Shown here: positions 36,073 through 48,249 of the stretch, piece by piece | Position numbering within the stretch: the first letter of the stretch is position 1 | How the letters are laid out: the number at the start of each line of letters is the position of its first letter | Assembly: GCA_977017645.1 (NCBI GenBank) | Contig: OZ360239.1 | Location: forward strand, 61,380,001-61,444,000 | Length of the DNA: 64,000 nt | Origin: Torpedo marmorata | Taxonomy: Eukaryota | Direction: 5' to 3' | Notes under the pieces: generated by a model | The model's database searches: none | What the model saw: only the letters and a program-made list of their open reading frames with translations | Told to the model about the DNA's origin: nothing | Made by a program: the position numbers and the translations under genes

Positions 36073-36787
36073 AAAACACGAAAATCTGTAGACACCGTGG
36101 TTGAAGTAAAAAACACAAATGCTGGAGAAACTCAGCAGGTCAAACAGTGTCTTTTATGTAGCAAAGGTAGAAATACATAACCGACGTTTCGGGCTTGAGC
36201 CCTTCATCAAAGTATGAGAAAATGCCGGCAGGCGTCCGAACAAAGGAGTGAGGGGGGAAGGGGGATGGCAAAGGCAGGAGATGATAGGTGGAGAAAGGAG
36301 GGAGGGGACAGCAGCAAAGAGGGGGAGGAGGGATGGCTAGGTAGCTGGAGAAAAACAGGAAGGACAGGTGAGGGGGGAGGGGAAGGGAACGACAAATGAG
36401 GGGGGAGGGGAAGGGAACGACAAGCAGGTTTAGTGGAAAGCAGAAAAGTCAATGTTAATGCCATCTGGCTGGAGAGTGCCGAGACGGAATATGAGTTTAG
36501 TGGAAAGCAGAAAAGTCAATGTTAATGCCATCTGGCTGGAGAGTGCCGAGACGGAAGCACTCTCCAGCCAGATGGCATTACCATTGACTTTTCTGCTTTC
36601 CACTAAACCTGCTTGTCGTTCCCTTCCCCTCCCCCCTCACCTGTCCTTCCTGTTTTTCTCCAGCTACCTAGCCATCCCTCCTCCCCCTCTTTGCTGCTGT
36701 CCCGAAACGTCGGTTATGTATTTCTACCTTTGCTACATAAAAGACACTGTTTCACCTGCTGATTTTCTCCAGCATTTGTGTTTTTTA
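36073..36787. mobile_element. Penelope insertion with inverted architecture and 16-bp TSD
   Basis: TSD ctacttcctcaggagt at 36057-36072 and 36788-36803. Minus arm 36073-~36556 has a ~60-bp tandem duplication; plus arm ~36557-36787 has an internal deletion. Confidence 0.9.
36176..36216 (-). ncRNA. Minimal type I hammerhead ribozyme-like motif in Penelope pLTR
   Basis: Minus strand reads catact-TTGATGA-agggctcaagccc-GAAAC-GTC-ggttatg: core, stem II, palindromic ACGT stem III, GUC triplet and stem I pairing. Confidence 0.7.
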
Positions 36788-37530
36788 CTACTTCCTCAGG
36801 AGTTGGCGGAGGTTTGGTATGACATTGGAAACCCTGGCAAATTTCTACAGATGTGTGGTGGAAAGTGTGCTGACCGGCTACATCACGGTCTGGTATGGGG
36901 ACACCAATACCCCTGAGCATAAAGCCCTGCAAAAGGTAGTGGACACAGCCCAGGACATCACAGGCAAAACCCTCCCCACCATCGAGAACATCTACAGGGA
37001 ACGCTGCTGTCTGAGAGCAGCAGAAATCATCAAGGATCCACATCGCCCAGCACACGCTCTGTTCTCGCTGCTGCCATCAGGAAAGAGGTATAGGTACCAC
37101 AAGACTCGCACCACCAGGTTCAGGAACAGCTGCTACCCCTCCACCATCAGACTCCTCAACAACAAACTCAACCAGGGACTCATTTAAGGACTTACTTTTG
37201 CACTTTATTGATTTTTTTTTTCTCTCTGTATTGCACAGTCAATTTTTTTTCATTTCTTTATTTGTTTACATGTGTACATTGAGTACTTTTTTTGCACTTT
37301 TGGGAGATAGAAGATGCAGTCTTTCAAGAAAGCTCTTAAAGGGGCATACAACAATGGAAGCAAGACTCTTCCAACTTGGAGCAGGCACTGATACAGAATA
37401 AATGGATGCTACAGTAATGGGAGGTAAGGAGAGGGGGGAGGGTGTTTGAGGGCCCTGGCCAGTGTGATTAAGAACAGAGCCTGCAGGAGGATACTCTGTT
37501 TACAAGGGAGCCAAAGCTACGCTAAGGTGC

Positions 37531-37781
37531 TGATAGGCCTATCAATGATTACTCAAAGACTGTGAGAGCGAGTGAATCATAGGCTTTTATTAGCAAAGAA
37601 TGAAGCCGTGCTTCTCAGGTCCGAACTGGAGGGGTGGGCCAGATACAGTGGCCTTTATTCAGGTGAGGAAAGGGGAGGGATTACCTGGACACCCAAGGGA
37701 GGGGAGGGAGTAGGTATCAGTCCGGCCTGCAATACTTATATACACCACAGCACACAAATACAAACACAGTGGTTTACCACA
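37531..37781 (-). mobile_element. Solo LTR related to the Mag-type Gypsy LTRs
   Basis: Termini tgataggcctatcaatga...gtggtttaccaca are shared with copies 1 and 2. 5-bp TSD ggtgc at 37526-37530 and 37782-37786. Confidence 0.9.
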
Positions 37782-38059
37782 GGTGCCAGGGAAGTGTCTG
37801 TGAGAATACAGTTGTTGTTCCTCTGTGCCTGCAATTCTGACAAGTCTCCACACCTGCTCTGCCCGCTTCTGTGGACTGGAGGTAAAGTTGATGAAGTCTT
37901 TACCCTCGAGCACAGAGTCTGGGTGACTTCCCCAATTCAGCAGTGAACAGCCAACTGTAAGACGTGGCAGATCTATGTAACGGCAGCCTGGGCTGATCCT
38001 GATGATAAGAGTGACATTTATACTGACGAGATTGGCAAAGTGTAATAGAGAGGCTTGAC

Positions 38060-38385
38060 GGGGAGACAGGCCCTGGGGCCTATCGAGTCCATGCCAAATA
38101 TCAAGCGATTCTTTTTCCTTTAACTCTACTCTAACTCTTTTAATTCTCTCCACATTACCATTAACTCCATCCCACACACCCCAGATTTTACCACTAACCT
38201 GCACACTAGGGACAATTTATAGAGGCCACAAAACCTACCCGCCCGCATGCCTTTTGAGTTGTGGGAGGGAACTGGAGCACCCAGAGGAATGTTGTTGGGA
38301 GAACGTGCAAACTTTGCACCCACAGCACTGGGCTCAGGATTGAATCTGGGTGGCTGGAGCTGTGGGGCAGCAGCTCTACCAGAAC
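38060..38385 (-). mobile_element. V-SINE (older subfamily)
   Basis: Reverse-complement V-core gtgggagggaactggagcacccagagg..ggagaacgtgcaaact. Confidence 0.7.
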
Positions 38386-38579
38386 ACAAGAGCATGAAAC
38401 AAATAGGAGCTGGAGTAGTCTGCCTGGTCCTGAAGGCAGCCCTGCCATTCAACATGATCATGGCTGTTCAAAGGCAGACCTCAACTCCTCCTCTGTGCCA
38501 GATCTCCATTGCCTTCAAACTCCTACCTTGTAAATATTTATCTACCTCCACTTTATAAACACTTTAATTCACCACTGTT

Positions 38580-38805
38580 CGCGTAGTGGTTAGCGCAACA
38601 CTGTTACAGTGCCAGCGACCCAGGTTCGAATTCGGAGCTGTCTGTAAGGAGTTTGTTAATTCTCCCCGTGTCTGCATGGGTCACCTCCGGGTGCTCCTGG
38701 TTTCCTCCCACCCTTCAAATTGTATGGGGGTTGTAGGTCAATTGGGTGTAATTGGCCTCATGGGCCGGAAGGTCCCGTTACTGTGCTGTATGTCTAAATT
38801 TAAAT
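38580..38805 (+). mobile_element. V-SINE (HE1-like)
   Basis: gtggttagcgcaacactgttacagtgccagcgacccaggttcgaattc head, V-core, tail gtgctgtatgtctaaat. Confidence 0.88.
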
Positions 38806-38887
38806 TTTAAAATTAAACTAGTAAGCCTACATTTGAGGCCTTCAGAAGAGGGAGATCTCACTGAGGCAATGAATGCAGTTTGGAGTG

Positions 38888-39022
38888 AAAAACGAAAGTC
38901 TGCAGACGCTGTGATTGTAGTAAAAACACAGAAATGCTGGCAGAACTCAGCAGGTCTCACAGTATCCATAGAAAGTAAAGATATATTCTGTAAATGACGT
39001 TTCAGGCCTGAGCCCTTCTTCA
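38888..39022 (-). mobile_element. Penelope pLTR fragment
   Basis: aaagtctgcagacgctg..gctggcagaactcagcagg..gacgtttcaggcctgagcccttc. Confidence 0.75.
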
Positions 39023-39369
39023 CTGTTGTCTTTCAAACCAGATGAGGGTAAAATTCTGACTGTAAATTAATTTTACTTGTTGCAATACCACATTTGAGGG
39101 AAGTTTATGCTGGGAGATAAAAGCCACTAGGAAATGAGAATTTTACATAAAAATAGGGTGGAATTTTCTGAAGTGCACTAAGATAGCTAGAAATTTGCAT
39201 AAAATTGTTCTATTTTGAGTTTAGTCAATTTTCAGCAGCAGAAAACTTTTAAAACAACACACACATGCCGCTTCACGCTCAGGAGAAAATGCCTCAACTC
39301 CTTCTCTGGTTGGGGAGAGTGTACTTTTCAATAAACAGTTTCTCTACAGACTACAGAAATTATCCTTAA

Positions 39370-39790
39370 ATTGAATCCAATGCTGTATGTAAGGAGTTTG
39401 TATGTTCTCCCTGTGTCCATCCGTGTCTTTCCTCCGGGAGCTCTGGTCTCCTCCCACATTCCAAGGATGTACAGGGTTAGTAGGGTAATTGGTCAAATGG
39501 TGTAATTGGGCAGCAAGTCGAGCCACTGCTTTATAGTTCCTGTCCTGACCTACTGTCTGTGCAGAGTTTGCACATTCTCTGTGTGACCTTGTGGGTTTCC
39601 TCTGGGTGCTCAGGTTTTCTCTCACATCCCAAAAAATAGGTTAATTAGTCATTGTAAAGTGAAGAATGATAGAAATTAAGGGGCAATTTATGGAACGTGG
39701 GGAGAACATAATTGGACTGGTGCAGGATTAGTATAAATGGATATTAGTGGTCAGCACAGACTTGGGCTGACGGACCTTTTCTTTGTGGCT
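39370..39790 (+). mobile_element. Two nested or adjacent V-SINE fragments
   Basis: Two V-core copies at ~39390-39460 and ~39555-39630. Confidence 0.65.
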
Positions 39791-41882
39791 CTAAATGTGT
39801 GAACCACCAGTGAACTGTTGATGGAATTGCTGCCTTGTAAATCACGGATACCATTAGTTGCATACTGCTTCCAAATTTTAGTATGATAACTTATAGGACT
39901 TCAAGCAATAACTGAGTAAGGTTTTAATGGAATGGATTGTGCAATCATTTGCATAGAATAAGAGGTGAAATGGCTCTGCTTTGTGGAAGCAGGTTGCTAA
40001 AGCCGTTACATTGACATTTGAAGTGATTGTAAGGAATGAAGCTCCTGAACTGCAGGTGACAATATTTAAAATGTCCCTCATGGCTGATCGAATTTGTGCT
40101 TCTATTGAGCAATTTAGTTGTCCCACCTTTAAACTAAAATGTATTTAAAATGCCGCACTCTCACAAGTAAATGCCATGTTAATCATAATCCATATTCTGT
40201 TCTCTATTATAATTCATTCAAATATTGTTAATTTCCATGACGTGAATCGTACTAATGTTGAGTGTCTCCTCTCATTCCAGCAGATTTTGCGTGGGTGTTT
40301 TTCTTTTCCCAGGCCCGTTAGTAATTCATCTACATTTTTGTGCTCTATGTTCCAGCGTGAATAGTTTTGGATTTAAGTTTCTCATCTCAGCTGGCATATC
40401 AGCACAGTACTGAAAACTGTTTTGTTGGAGGTGTTGTAGAAATTCATTCGCTGTTGGTAGCATTAAATGCCCCATTGTACTGCACCTCCAAAATTCATTC
40501 CATTAATTCGTTCTATCAACTTCAACAGAATCAATTGCAGAGGTAGCATGAATAAAGTGCTGTTATTTTGAAACCTATTTAGACAAACCACCAGGGATGT
40601 GGATCTTTTCAGCAAAGCTCCATCTATCTGCTCAATTAAAAGTCCCAAAGGGTTTTCAGAGGGATTTTTTTTCCGGTTTACTGGCCAACATTCATCCTGC
40701 GACTGAAACAGATCAATTGCTGTTTGTCACATTTTTGTCGCTTGTCACATTTGCTAGCAGAAGTAACTTCACTTCAAAACTAACCAACATTTTATAAAAG
40801 TTCCACTTCTAAGCTGCCTCAGTTCTCCAACGTAGATATTTGAAAAGATTGCAGCTCGTAGCTCAGGGAACTCTGCACATGGTTCTCAAGTGTCAGCTAG
40901 ATTATCACTGTCCACAGAGTAATCATTCCCAAAGGAGGAGACTTCCTTGTCAGCTCATGGAATAATGTTGAATTGACTGAGAAGACAAGGTGGATTTGAT
41001 GCAACTTCATGGGCCCCAACAACATCCTTCTTTACTGCCACCTCTTCCTTTTGTGCCAGTGTTTCTTGTACACCTCGAGGAAACCTGTTAAAGCTATGCA
41101 GAAATCCTACCTGTAATTTTGCTTCACAAGCTGACAAGCCAGCCAGGACTGATTACTCCTCATGTTTCAACCCAGGACAATCATATCATATGAATGAATA
41201 TCTCGGGAATAATTAAGAAAAGCTTAGAGGCAGATTGAATCAAATGGCCAAAGTGTTACTGTCCCCACTGTTTAAATTAATATTACATGCTTTAGCAACT
41301 CTTTGATTATTGGAAGGAGGTGCATTTTGACATTGTTGCAGAGAAGTGACAAACCTTATTAACAGTCGTCACTTTTTATATTTTTCTAAGAAGTTTATCC
41401 AGTTCATACATTAATCCTATTAAAGCCTTAGAATTTATGATTAATAATGTTTTATAGCAGGCATCACAGACTTAAGTTTTGAAAAATTCTGTTCATGTAT
41501 CTTTTATGAAAGACATTTCTTCCACATCTAAGCCGATGTCCTGTATTTAAAGATCTTTGAAGGAACTGGCTGTACAAGTGCAAGGTTTGTAAAGAAAAGG
41601 CCCATGAGTGAAATCATGTGCAAAACTGTAAAGTTATTTTGAGTTATCTGTAATAATGGTTGTGAACAATAAGCATTCCTTTAAGGCTACCCTTTTGGTA
41701 AGTGGGTTATGTAACCAACTTATCTCTGAACTGCAAGGTATTTATAGGAAGTTCCTGAGTCAATCTTTGAAGAACTGCTGATTAACCTACATTCACCTAG
41801 CTGAGCTCCTACTATTTCAAATGCATTAATTTGTGAAGTTTAAGGATCCACTAAGCACATATTTTGTACAACATGTACAAAA

Positions 41883-42510
41883 GAGACTGCAGATGTTGGA
41901 ATCTGGAACAAAAACAGAACACTGGAAGAACTCAGTGCAGCATCTGTGGAGACACAAAGGTTTAAGTCAACATTTCGGGTCAGGACTGAGAGGAAAGAGG
42001 AAAGATAGCTGATACAATGAAGTGGTGGGACAGATGAAGGTGGAACCAGATAAGGGGATGGGGGGGGGGTGGGTGGGGGGTGGGATGATGGAATTAGGTA
42101 GAGAAGGACTGGGGTAGGGGAATGGAAAGGTGAAGAAAAACAGGTTGGCAGGTGAATATGTATGATAGGAGGAGTAGGCTACCAGAAATTGGAACTTTCA
42201 ATATTGCTACCATTGGGTTGGAGGCTTCCCAGACAGGATATGAAATGTTGTTCTTCCAGTTTGTATTTGGCCTCACCGTGGCAATGGAGAAGGACAGATA
42301 GGGCAGTGTGGGAGCAGGAAGGAGGGATGAAATGACATGCAACAGGAAGCTCAAAATGGCTATTACAGACAGAGTGCAGGTGCTCTGCAAAATTATCACC
42401 TGTCTCTGTTTTGTTTCTCTAATCCAGAAGCGGTCACGTCGTGAGCACCGAATAAGGTAGACCAGGTTGGAAGAGGTGAAGGTGAATCTCTGCCTCACTT
42501 GGTGATCAGG
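41883..42510 (-). mobile_element. Degenerate Penelope-like element (GIY-YIG region plus pLTR)
   Basis: ORF 42094-42513 QVRQRFTFTSSNLVYLIRCSR...IRETKQR (cf. FTC.S.NVVY.I.C..C...YIGETKR). Confidence 0.75.
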
Positions 42511-42784
42511 CATGAGCTCACATTCAAGTTTATCATCCTATGTAGCAAGACGCAGTGATAGAGGTGGTTTTGCGAGCAGACCAGGAGACATCTCATACAT
42601 AATACAACAGTACAAAAGTGCAGAATTACAGAGAGATCAGTTGGTATGGAACAAAGGCAATGTAATTTTAAAGACAATTTAAAAGTGTGAGAGTGAAGAG
42701 ATAGAAGAATAGAGTGTCTGTATAGTGGGTTTAAAGAAAATATGCTGGGAGCAACTCACAAATTATTGGCATACTTCAGTGCCA

Positions 42785-43495
42785 TTTTACTTCGAAGGGC
42801 TGCTTTGGTCCCTGGATGGAGGTGAGGGAGCAGGTGAAAGAGACAAGTGTAATGTCTCCCTCGGCTTCAGTGATCAGTGACCCCCTGATCACTGCTGTCC
42901 CCTCCCTCCCTTCTCCACCTATCATCTCCTGCCTTTGCCACCCCCTCCCCCCCCCCTATCTTTTTGTTCGGACGCCTGCCAACATTCTCTCGTACCTTGA
43001 TGAAGGGCTCAAGCCCGAAACGTCAGTTGTGTATTTTTACCTTTGCTACATAAAGGACGCCGTTTGACCTGCTGAGTTTCTCCAGCTTTTTGTGTTTTTA
43101 CCAGGGGATGCGGAGGATGGGTGGGGAGAGATGAGCGAACCTGGGAGTCACAAATATATCGATCCATGCAGAAAGCGGGAAATGGGGAAGATGTTCAAAG
43201 GGTGGCACAGTTAGCATAGCGATTAACGAGCACGCTGTTACAGCACCAGCGACCGGGGTTCGAATCCAGCGCTGTCTGTAAGGAGTTTGTACGTTCTCCC
43301 CGTGTCTGCATCGGTGTCCTCCCACCGTTCAAAATGTACCAGGGTTGTAGGTTAATTGAGTGTAATTGGGCGGCACAGGCTCGTGGGCCAAAAGGGCCTG
43401 TTACCGTGCAGTATGTCTAAATTTTTAAAAAATTTAAAATGTCACTGGTGGTGGGATCCTGCTGGAGCTGGTAGAAATTTCAAAGGATGATCTAT
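42785..43495. mobile_element. Old Penelope fragments carrying a younger pLTR (with hammerhead motif) and a V-SINE at 43201-43420
   Basis: pLTR ~42890-43100 has cgtaccTTGATGAagggctcaagcccGAAAcgtc at 42991-43024. V-SINE head, core and tail at 43201-43420. Confidence 0.7.
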
Positions 43496-44219
43496 CTAAG
43501 AAAGGCCTTTATGGAGGAGCTGAGCATTGGACATCTCTGTAAAGGAAGCCTCTGCAGAGGAAAATCTGCAGGGAAAAGGTCTATAAAATAAAGGGCTTCT
43601 CATTTCAGGGCAGAAGTGAGCACAGGTTAATATCTAACCTGATAACTCTAGTACATTTGCAGTACATTTTCATTCATTCAATTTTAAGGGTCTGATTAAG
43701 TCAAATTCTCTCGTATTTTAGCAGATTTATTTTGTGTCACTAAGTACTAGATGAAGTTTTGACAAAAAAAAGTTAAAGTGCATCTCATAATGAAACTATT
43801 AACTGAATTAGAATTGTTAATGATCTAATGTGCTAAATATAGCACTCCGGATTTTAAACCATAAATTTTCTCAGTCTTAGTCACGTTAGACTTCAGTTGA
43901 TTTCAGTGACTCACTCTTAGGAAGTAAAATATCCTTGATATTTTGTGTTAACAAAATCAGCAATTCCACAAAGAAAGTCATGCATTATTTTTTCCTATCA
44001 ATGCACCTTTGATGGCTCAGCGATTGCCTATTGGGTGCAGTCGGTCACACGTGGAAGGTCACACACTTAGACCTCAACCTAAATTAAGAAGGTTGCTTTT
44101 AATTAAATTGATATTAAGGGTTATTACAATTAACCATAGTATCTCAGATTTGGAGTTTCCTGATTCTAACTAATCAGAAATTGGATTTCATTTTTATTTG
44201 GCGCGCTAACTATTGTATT

Positions 44220-45630
44220 GAATTATTTTATTGTCACGTGTACTGAAATACAGTAATAAGCTCTGTTTTGTGTGCTATCTGGACAATCCAATTCATACAG
44301 TAGGTAGTGCAATAATCACAACTAAACAAATAAATAGACAAATAAGTAAGACAACAGTGTAGGGAGTAGTGTAACTAGTTAAATCGTGCAGGATATGGAG
44401 AAAGTACAAAAACATGGTGCAGAGTATAGAGAAAAATGTAGTTATAAAAGATACCAGTGTGCGATCCATTCAAGAGTCTGAAAACAGTAGGAAATAAACT
44501 GGCACACAGCCTTGGAGGGCACTTGTTCAGGATCACCATGGAGTAGGTGTTGTCATCAGTCCTCACTGCTTGTGGTCTACAGGTCAGGAAGTCGATTATC
44601 CAGTTGCAGAGGGTGGCGTTGGTACCTATATCTCGGAGATGATAATGAGAATGAGTTTATTGTCATACACAATACACATAAGTACAATGCACATATTCAC
44701 CAAAATTCTTACTTGTAAAAAAAGAACAACTACAATATTATGCATTAAATTGCCCCAATACAGAAAGACAGAATAAAAAATAAAAGATAGCTAAATAAAT
44801 ATTCACGGTTCACGCAAAAAAAAGTGCCAAAATAGTTTAATACACAAAAGTGCTGGAGAGACTCAGCAGGTCACGCAGCAGCAATAGGAAGCAAAGGGAT
44901 ATAACCATTGTTTCAGGCCTGAGACATTCATCAAGGTATGGCTCAGGCCTGAAATATTGGTTATATCTCTTTACTTCCTTTAGGAACTGCATGACCTGCT
45001 GAGTTTCTCCAGCACTTTAGTATATTGCACTGCAATCACAGCCACTGCAGACTTTCCTGTTTAACTCCAAAGTAGTTTATGGTTAGGGTAGTAAGGAGAG
45101 GTTCAAGAGCCTGATAGCCTTTGGATAAAAGCTGTACTTGAACCAAGAGGTGCTGGACTTCAGGATTCGAACGTGACCACGGTGATGGGTGTCCTTAATG
45201 ATGTTGGCTGCCTACTTGAAGTAATAATTAATATAGCTGTCTTCACTGGATAGGAGGTCAGAGCCCCAGCTATGTCTGTATTTTCCACAATCTTCTGCAT
45301 TCCTGCACATTCAGAATAGCAAACCGGGTTGTGATGCAGCCAATCAGTATACCTGCCGCAGTTTTGGATTTGTTTGGGTTCATGGTGTCAAAGTCAGAGC
45401 TGTAGTCTATTAACAGGAGTCAGACAAAGGTGTCGTTGTCCAGATATTGCAGGATAGAGTGCAGGACCAGGGAAATGGCATCTGCTGTGGACCTATTGTT
45501 ATGGTAGGTATATTGAATTGGGTCGAAGCTGACTAGGAGGCTGGAGTTAATGTGGATCACGACCAACCTTCCAAGCACTTCAGAATGATGGATGTCAGAG
45601 CCACTGGGTAATAGTCATTGAGGCAGGTTC
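44220..45630 (-). mobile_element. Cluster of degenerate Rex1/Babar-type fragments with a palindromic pLTR element at ~44840-45065
   Basis: Remnants CLNDYYPVALTSIILKCLE and SLFPTVFRLLN, tttattgtca 3' ends, and inverted gctggaga.actcagcaggtca / tgacctgctgagtttctccagc arms. Confidence 0.65.
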
Positions 45631-45967
45631 CCAAAGCCTCCACATCCTTCCTGTAATGAGGTGACCAGAATTGCACAGTATTCCAAGAGCGACCTAACCA
45701 AAGTTTTGTATACCTGTTAAGTGACCTCCTTACTTTTATACTCAATGCCCTGCCCAATGAAGGCAAGCATACTCTATGCCTTCTTTATCACCCTATCTAC
45801 TTCTATGGTCACTTTCAATGAGCTGTGAACATGCACCCCCACATCCTTCTGCATACCAATGATTTTAAGAGCCCTACCATTATCTGTATACATTCCCCTT
45901 ACATTTGTCCTCCCAAACTGCAATATCTCATATTTGTCTGGATTAAACTCCATCTGACATTTCTGCT

Positions 45968-46372
45968 TATCAGAATCAGAATTTATTGTCGTGAACATGT
46001 CACAAAATGTTCATTGCTTTGCGGTAGCATTACAGCGCAAATATTGCTTTTAATTACATATCAAAAATAAATAAATAGTGCAAGAAAATAGTAGAAAATG
46101 AGGAAGTGTCTAGAGTTCATTCAGGAATCTGATGGCAGACGGGAAGAAGCTGTTCTTGTGCCGCTGGGTGCTCGTCTTCAGGCTCCTGTACCTTTTACCT
46201 GATGGTAGCAGAGTGAAGAGTGCATGGCCTGGGTGGTCGGTGTCCTTGAGGATAGAGGCTGCTTTCTTAAGACATCGCCTCTTGTAGAGGTCCTCGATGG
46301 AGTGAAAACAGGTGCCTGTGATGTCGCTGGCTGAGTTAACAACCCTCTGGAGTTTTTTCCTGTCCTGTGCAT
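45968..46372 (-). mobile_element. Rex1/Babar-type LINE 3' fragment
   Basis: AQDRKKLQRVVNSA..HPGHALFTLLPSGKRYRS..SFFPSAIRFLN; (ttctga)n tail; same family as 10679-12036. Confidence 0.88.
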
Positions 46373-47519
46373 TTCTCTGCCCGTGTCTGTTACTGATCTT
46401 TATTCTGTTGTATTCTTTAATAACCTTTAACACTGTTCACAACTCCATCAATCTTTGTATCATTTGCAAACATGCTAACCCACTCACCTAACTATTTCAT
46501 CCAAGTGTTTCAAACTCAAACCAGCAACGACAGAAGACGCAATGCAAAAGGGGTAAAATTGAAATTTATATTTATTAAAGACAATTAAATATATAATTTC
46601 ACAACAATTAACCCCACTATAAATGTCTATAAACACTATTCTTATCTAAAAGGTGTGTGTGTGTGTAAAGCCCAGACCATTACAGTCTGTGCCCAACCCT
46701 CATGTAAAAATGAAAATATTTCCCCAAAAACCCCAGGTCAGTCATAAAAACAAGTCAGTCAAAAAAAAAATACAGTCCACAAAAATTCACTCACTATGTT
46801 CAGGATCCAAATTCAGCTCTGTGTGCTGGCAAGAAGGACTTCTTAATGAACGTTGGAGAGAGACAATGACTGTTTATGCTTACGAATACTTGGCTTGCTT
46901 TTCTTCTCTGATGACTTTCCTTTTTGGTAGAGATTAACGAGGATTGCGACTCCAAATCAGTATACCACTGATTGAGGCGTGTACTTGGATCTCACAGCTG
47001 GTCTCGCTGATCTCACGCCTGTTCTCCACAAAAGTTGCTTTAACTCAGGATTTTGCTGAGACAGGAGGCCATGTGCTATTCTCCCAGCCTTTTTCCTGGG
47101 ATGCACAAGCCTGGATTTTGCTGTTCTCTAGCCTTTGCAACTCCAAAACTGCCACTGAATCTGAATGCTTTTTTGCAGAGGTTTGCACCTGCTTTTGCAA
47201 AAGTGCAACAAAGTATCTCTCCACAGTCTCTCTCTCTCTCTGGTGTCTCTTTCTCTCTCTCTCTGTGAGTACAAGAAGTCCTGGGCAAGTTAACTCTTTC
47301 AGTACCAGGTCCCAGTGTGTACTCCAAAAAACTTCATCCATCCTGCTGACCGTCCGCAGTCCAAATGGTCAGTCATGGTCCATAACACCTCCCACCCACA
47401 AAGAAAATTTTGGTCTGCAAGAACAAAATTTTGGAAATTAATTGAGGTGTCACAATATAAACAAAATCCACAATGTTCATCCATAAATACAAAATATGAA
47501 CTATTTTCATTGATAAAGT

Positions 47520-48200
47520 TTAACATCGAGAAAGACAATCAGCCATTACATTATCTTTCCCTTTTATATGTGTTATTACCAAATCATATTCTTGCAAAAT
47601 TAGACTCCAATTCAACAACCGTCGATTCTTATTTTTCATTTTACAAAAAAAAAACAATGGATTATGGTCAGTATACACGATGAGTGGTTTTTGAGCTGTA
47701 CAGATATAAACATCAAAGTGTTGTAGAGCCAACACAAGAGCCAACAACTCTTTTTCTATGGTTGAATAATTCCTTTGATGATCATTGAACTTCTTCGAGA
47801 AGTAGGATGGTCAATGTCCTCTTCGTTCTTCTTCTGTAACAGCACCGCACCCACAACTTCATCGCTGGCATCCACGGCTAAAGAAAACGGCTGTTCTAAA
47901 TTAGGTGACTTAAGCACAGGTTGGTGGCATAACATGGCTTTCAATTTGACAAATACTTCCTGACAACCTGTCGACCATACAAATTTTTCTTTCTTTCTAA
48001 GCAAATTTGTGAGAAGGATCGCAAGATCAGCAAAGTTTTTACAGAACTTGCGGTAGTAGCCAATCATTTCCAGGAACCTCCTCAGAGTTTTCTTACCAGA
48101 TGGAACAGGGAACTCGGAAATAGTCACAACCTTTGCCTCTACTGGCGCCAACTTCCCCTGTCCTACTACATAACCCAGAGAATTAACAGTACCATGACCC
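47520..48200 (-). pseudogene. Gmr1-like RT C-terminal remnant and RNaseH
   Basis: LGYVVGQG..LRRFLEMIGYYRKFC..AVDASD..LVLALQHF..VYTDHNPL..KGKDNVMADCLSR, located downstream of integrase. No YxDD motif present. Confidence 0.88.
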
Positions 48201-48249
48201 TCTCTGAATCTGGTTTTATCTGTCTCCTCCTTACCCCTGTCAATAACCA

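Larger units (their letters stand above)
35305..37297 (+). mobile_element. Rex1/Babar-type LINE interrupted by a Penelope insertion
   Basis: ORFs 35316-35780, 35774-35965, 35962-36180 and 36819-37187 contain [44 protein letters not shown]. Confidence 0.9.

Noticed and set aside
46944-47441. ORFs in the Gmr1 LTRs (also 52650-53382)
   Set aside because: Frames differ between the two LTR copies and run through (ct)n microsatellites, so they are spurious.
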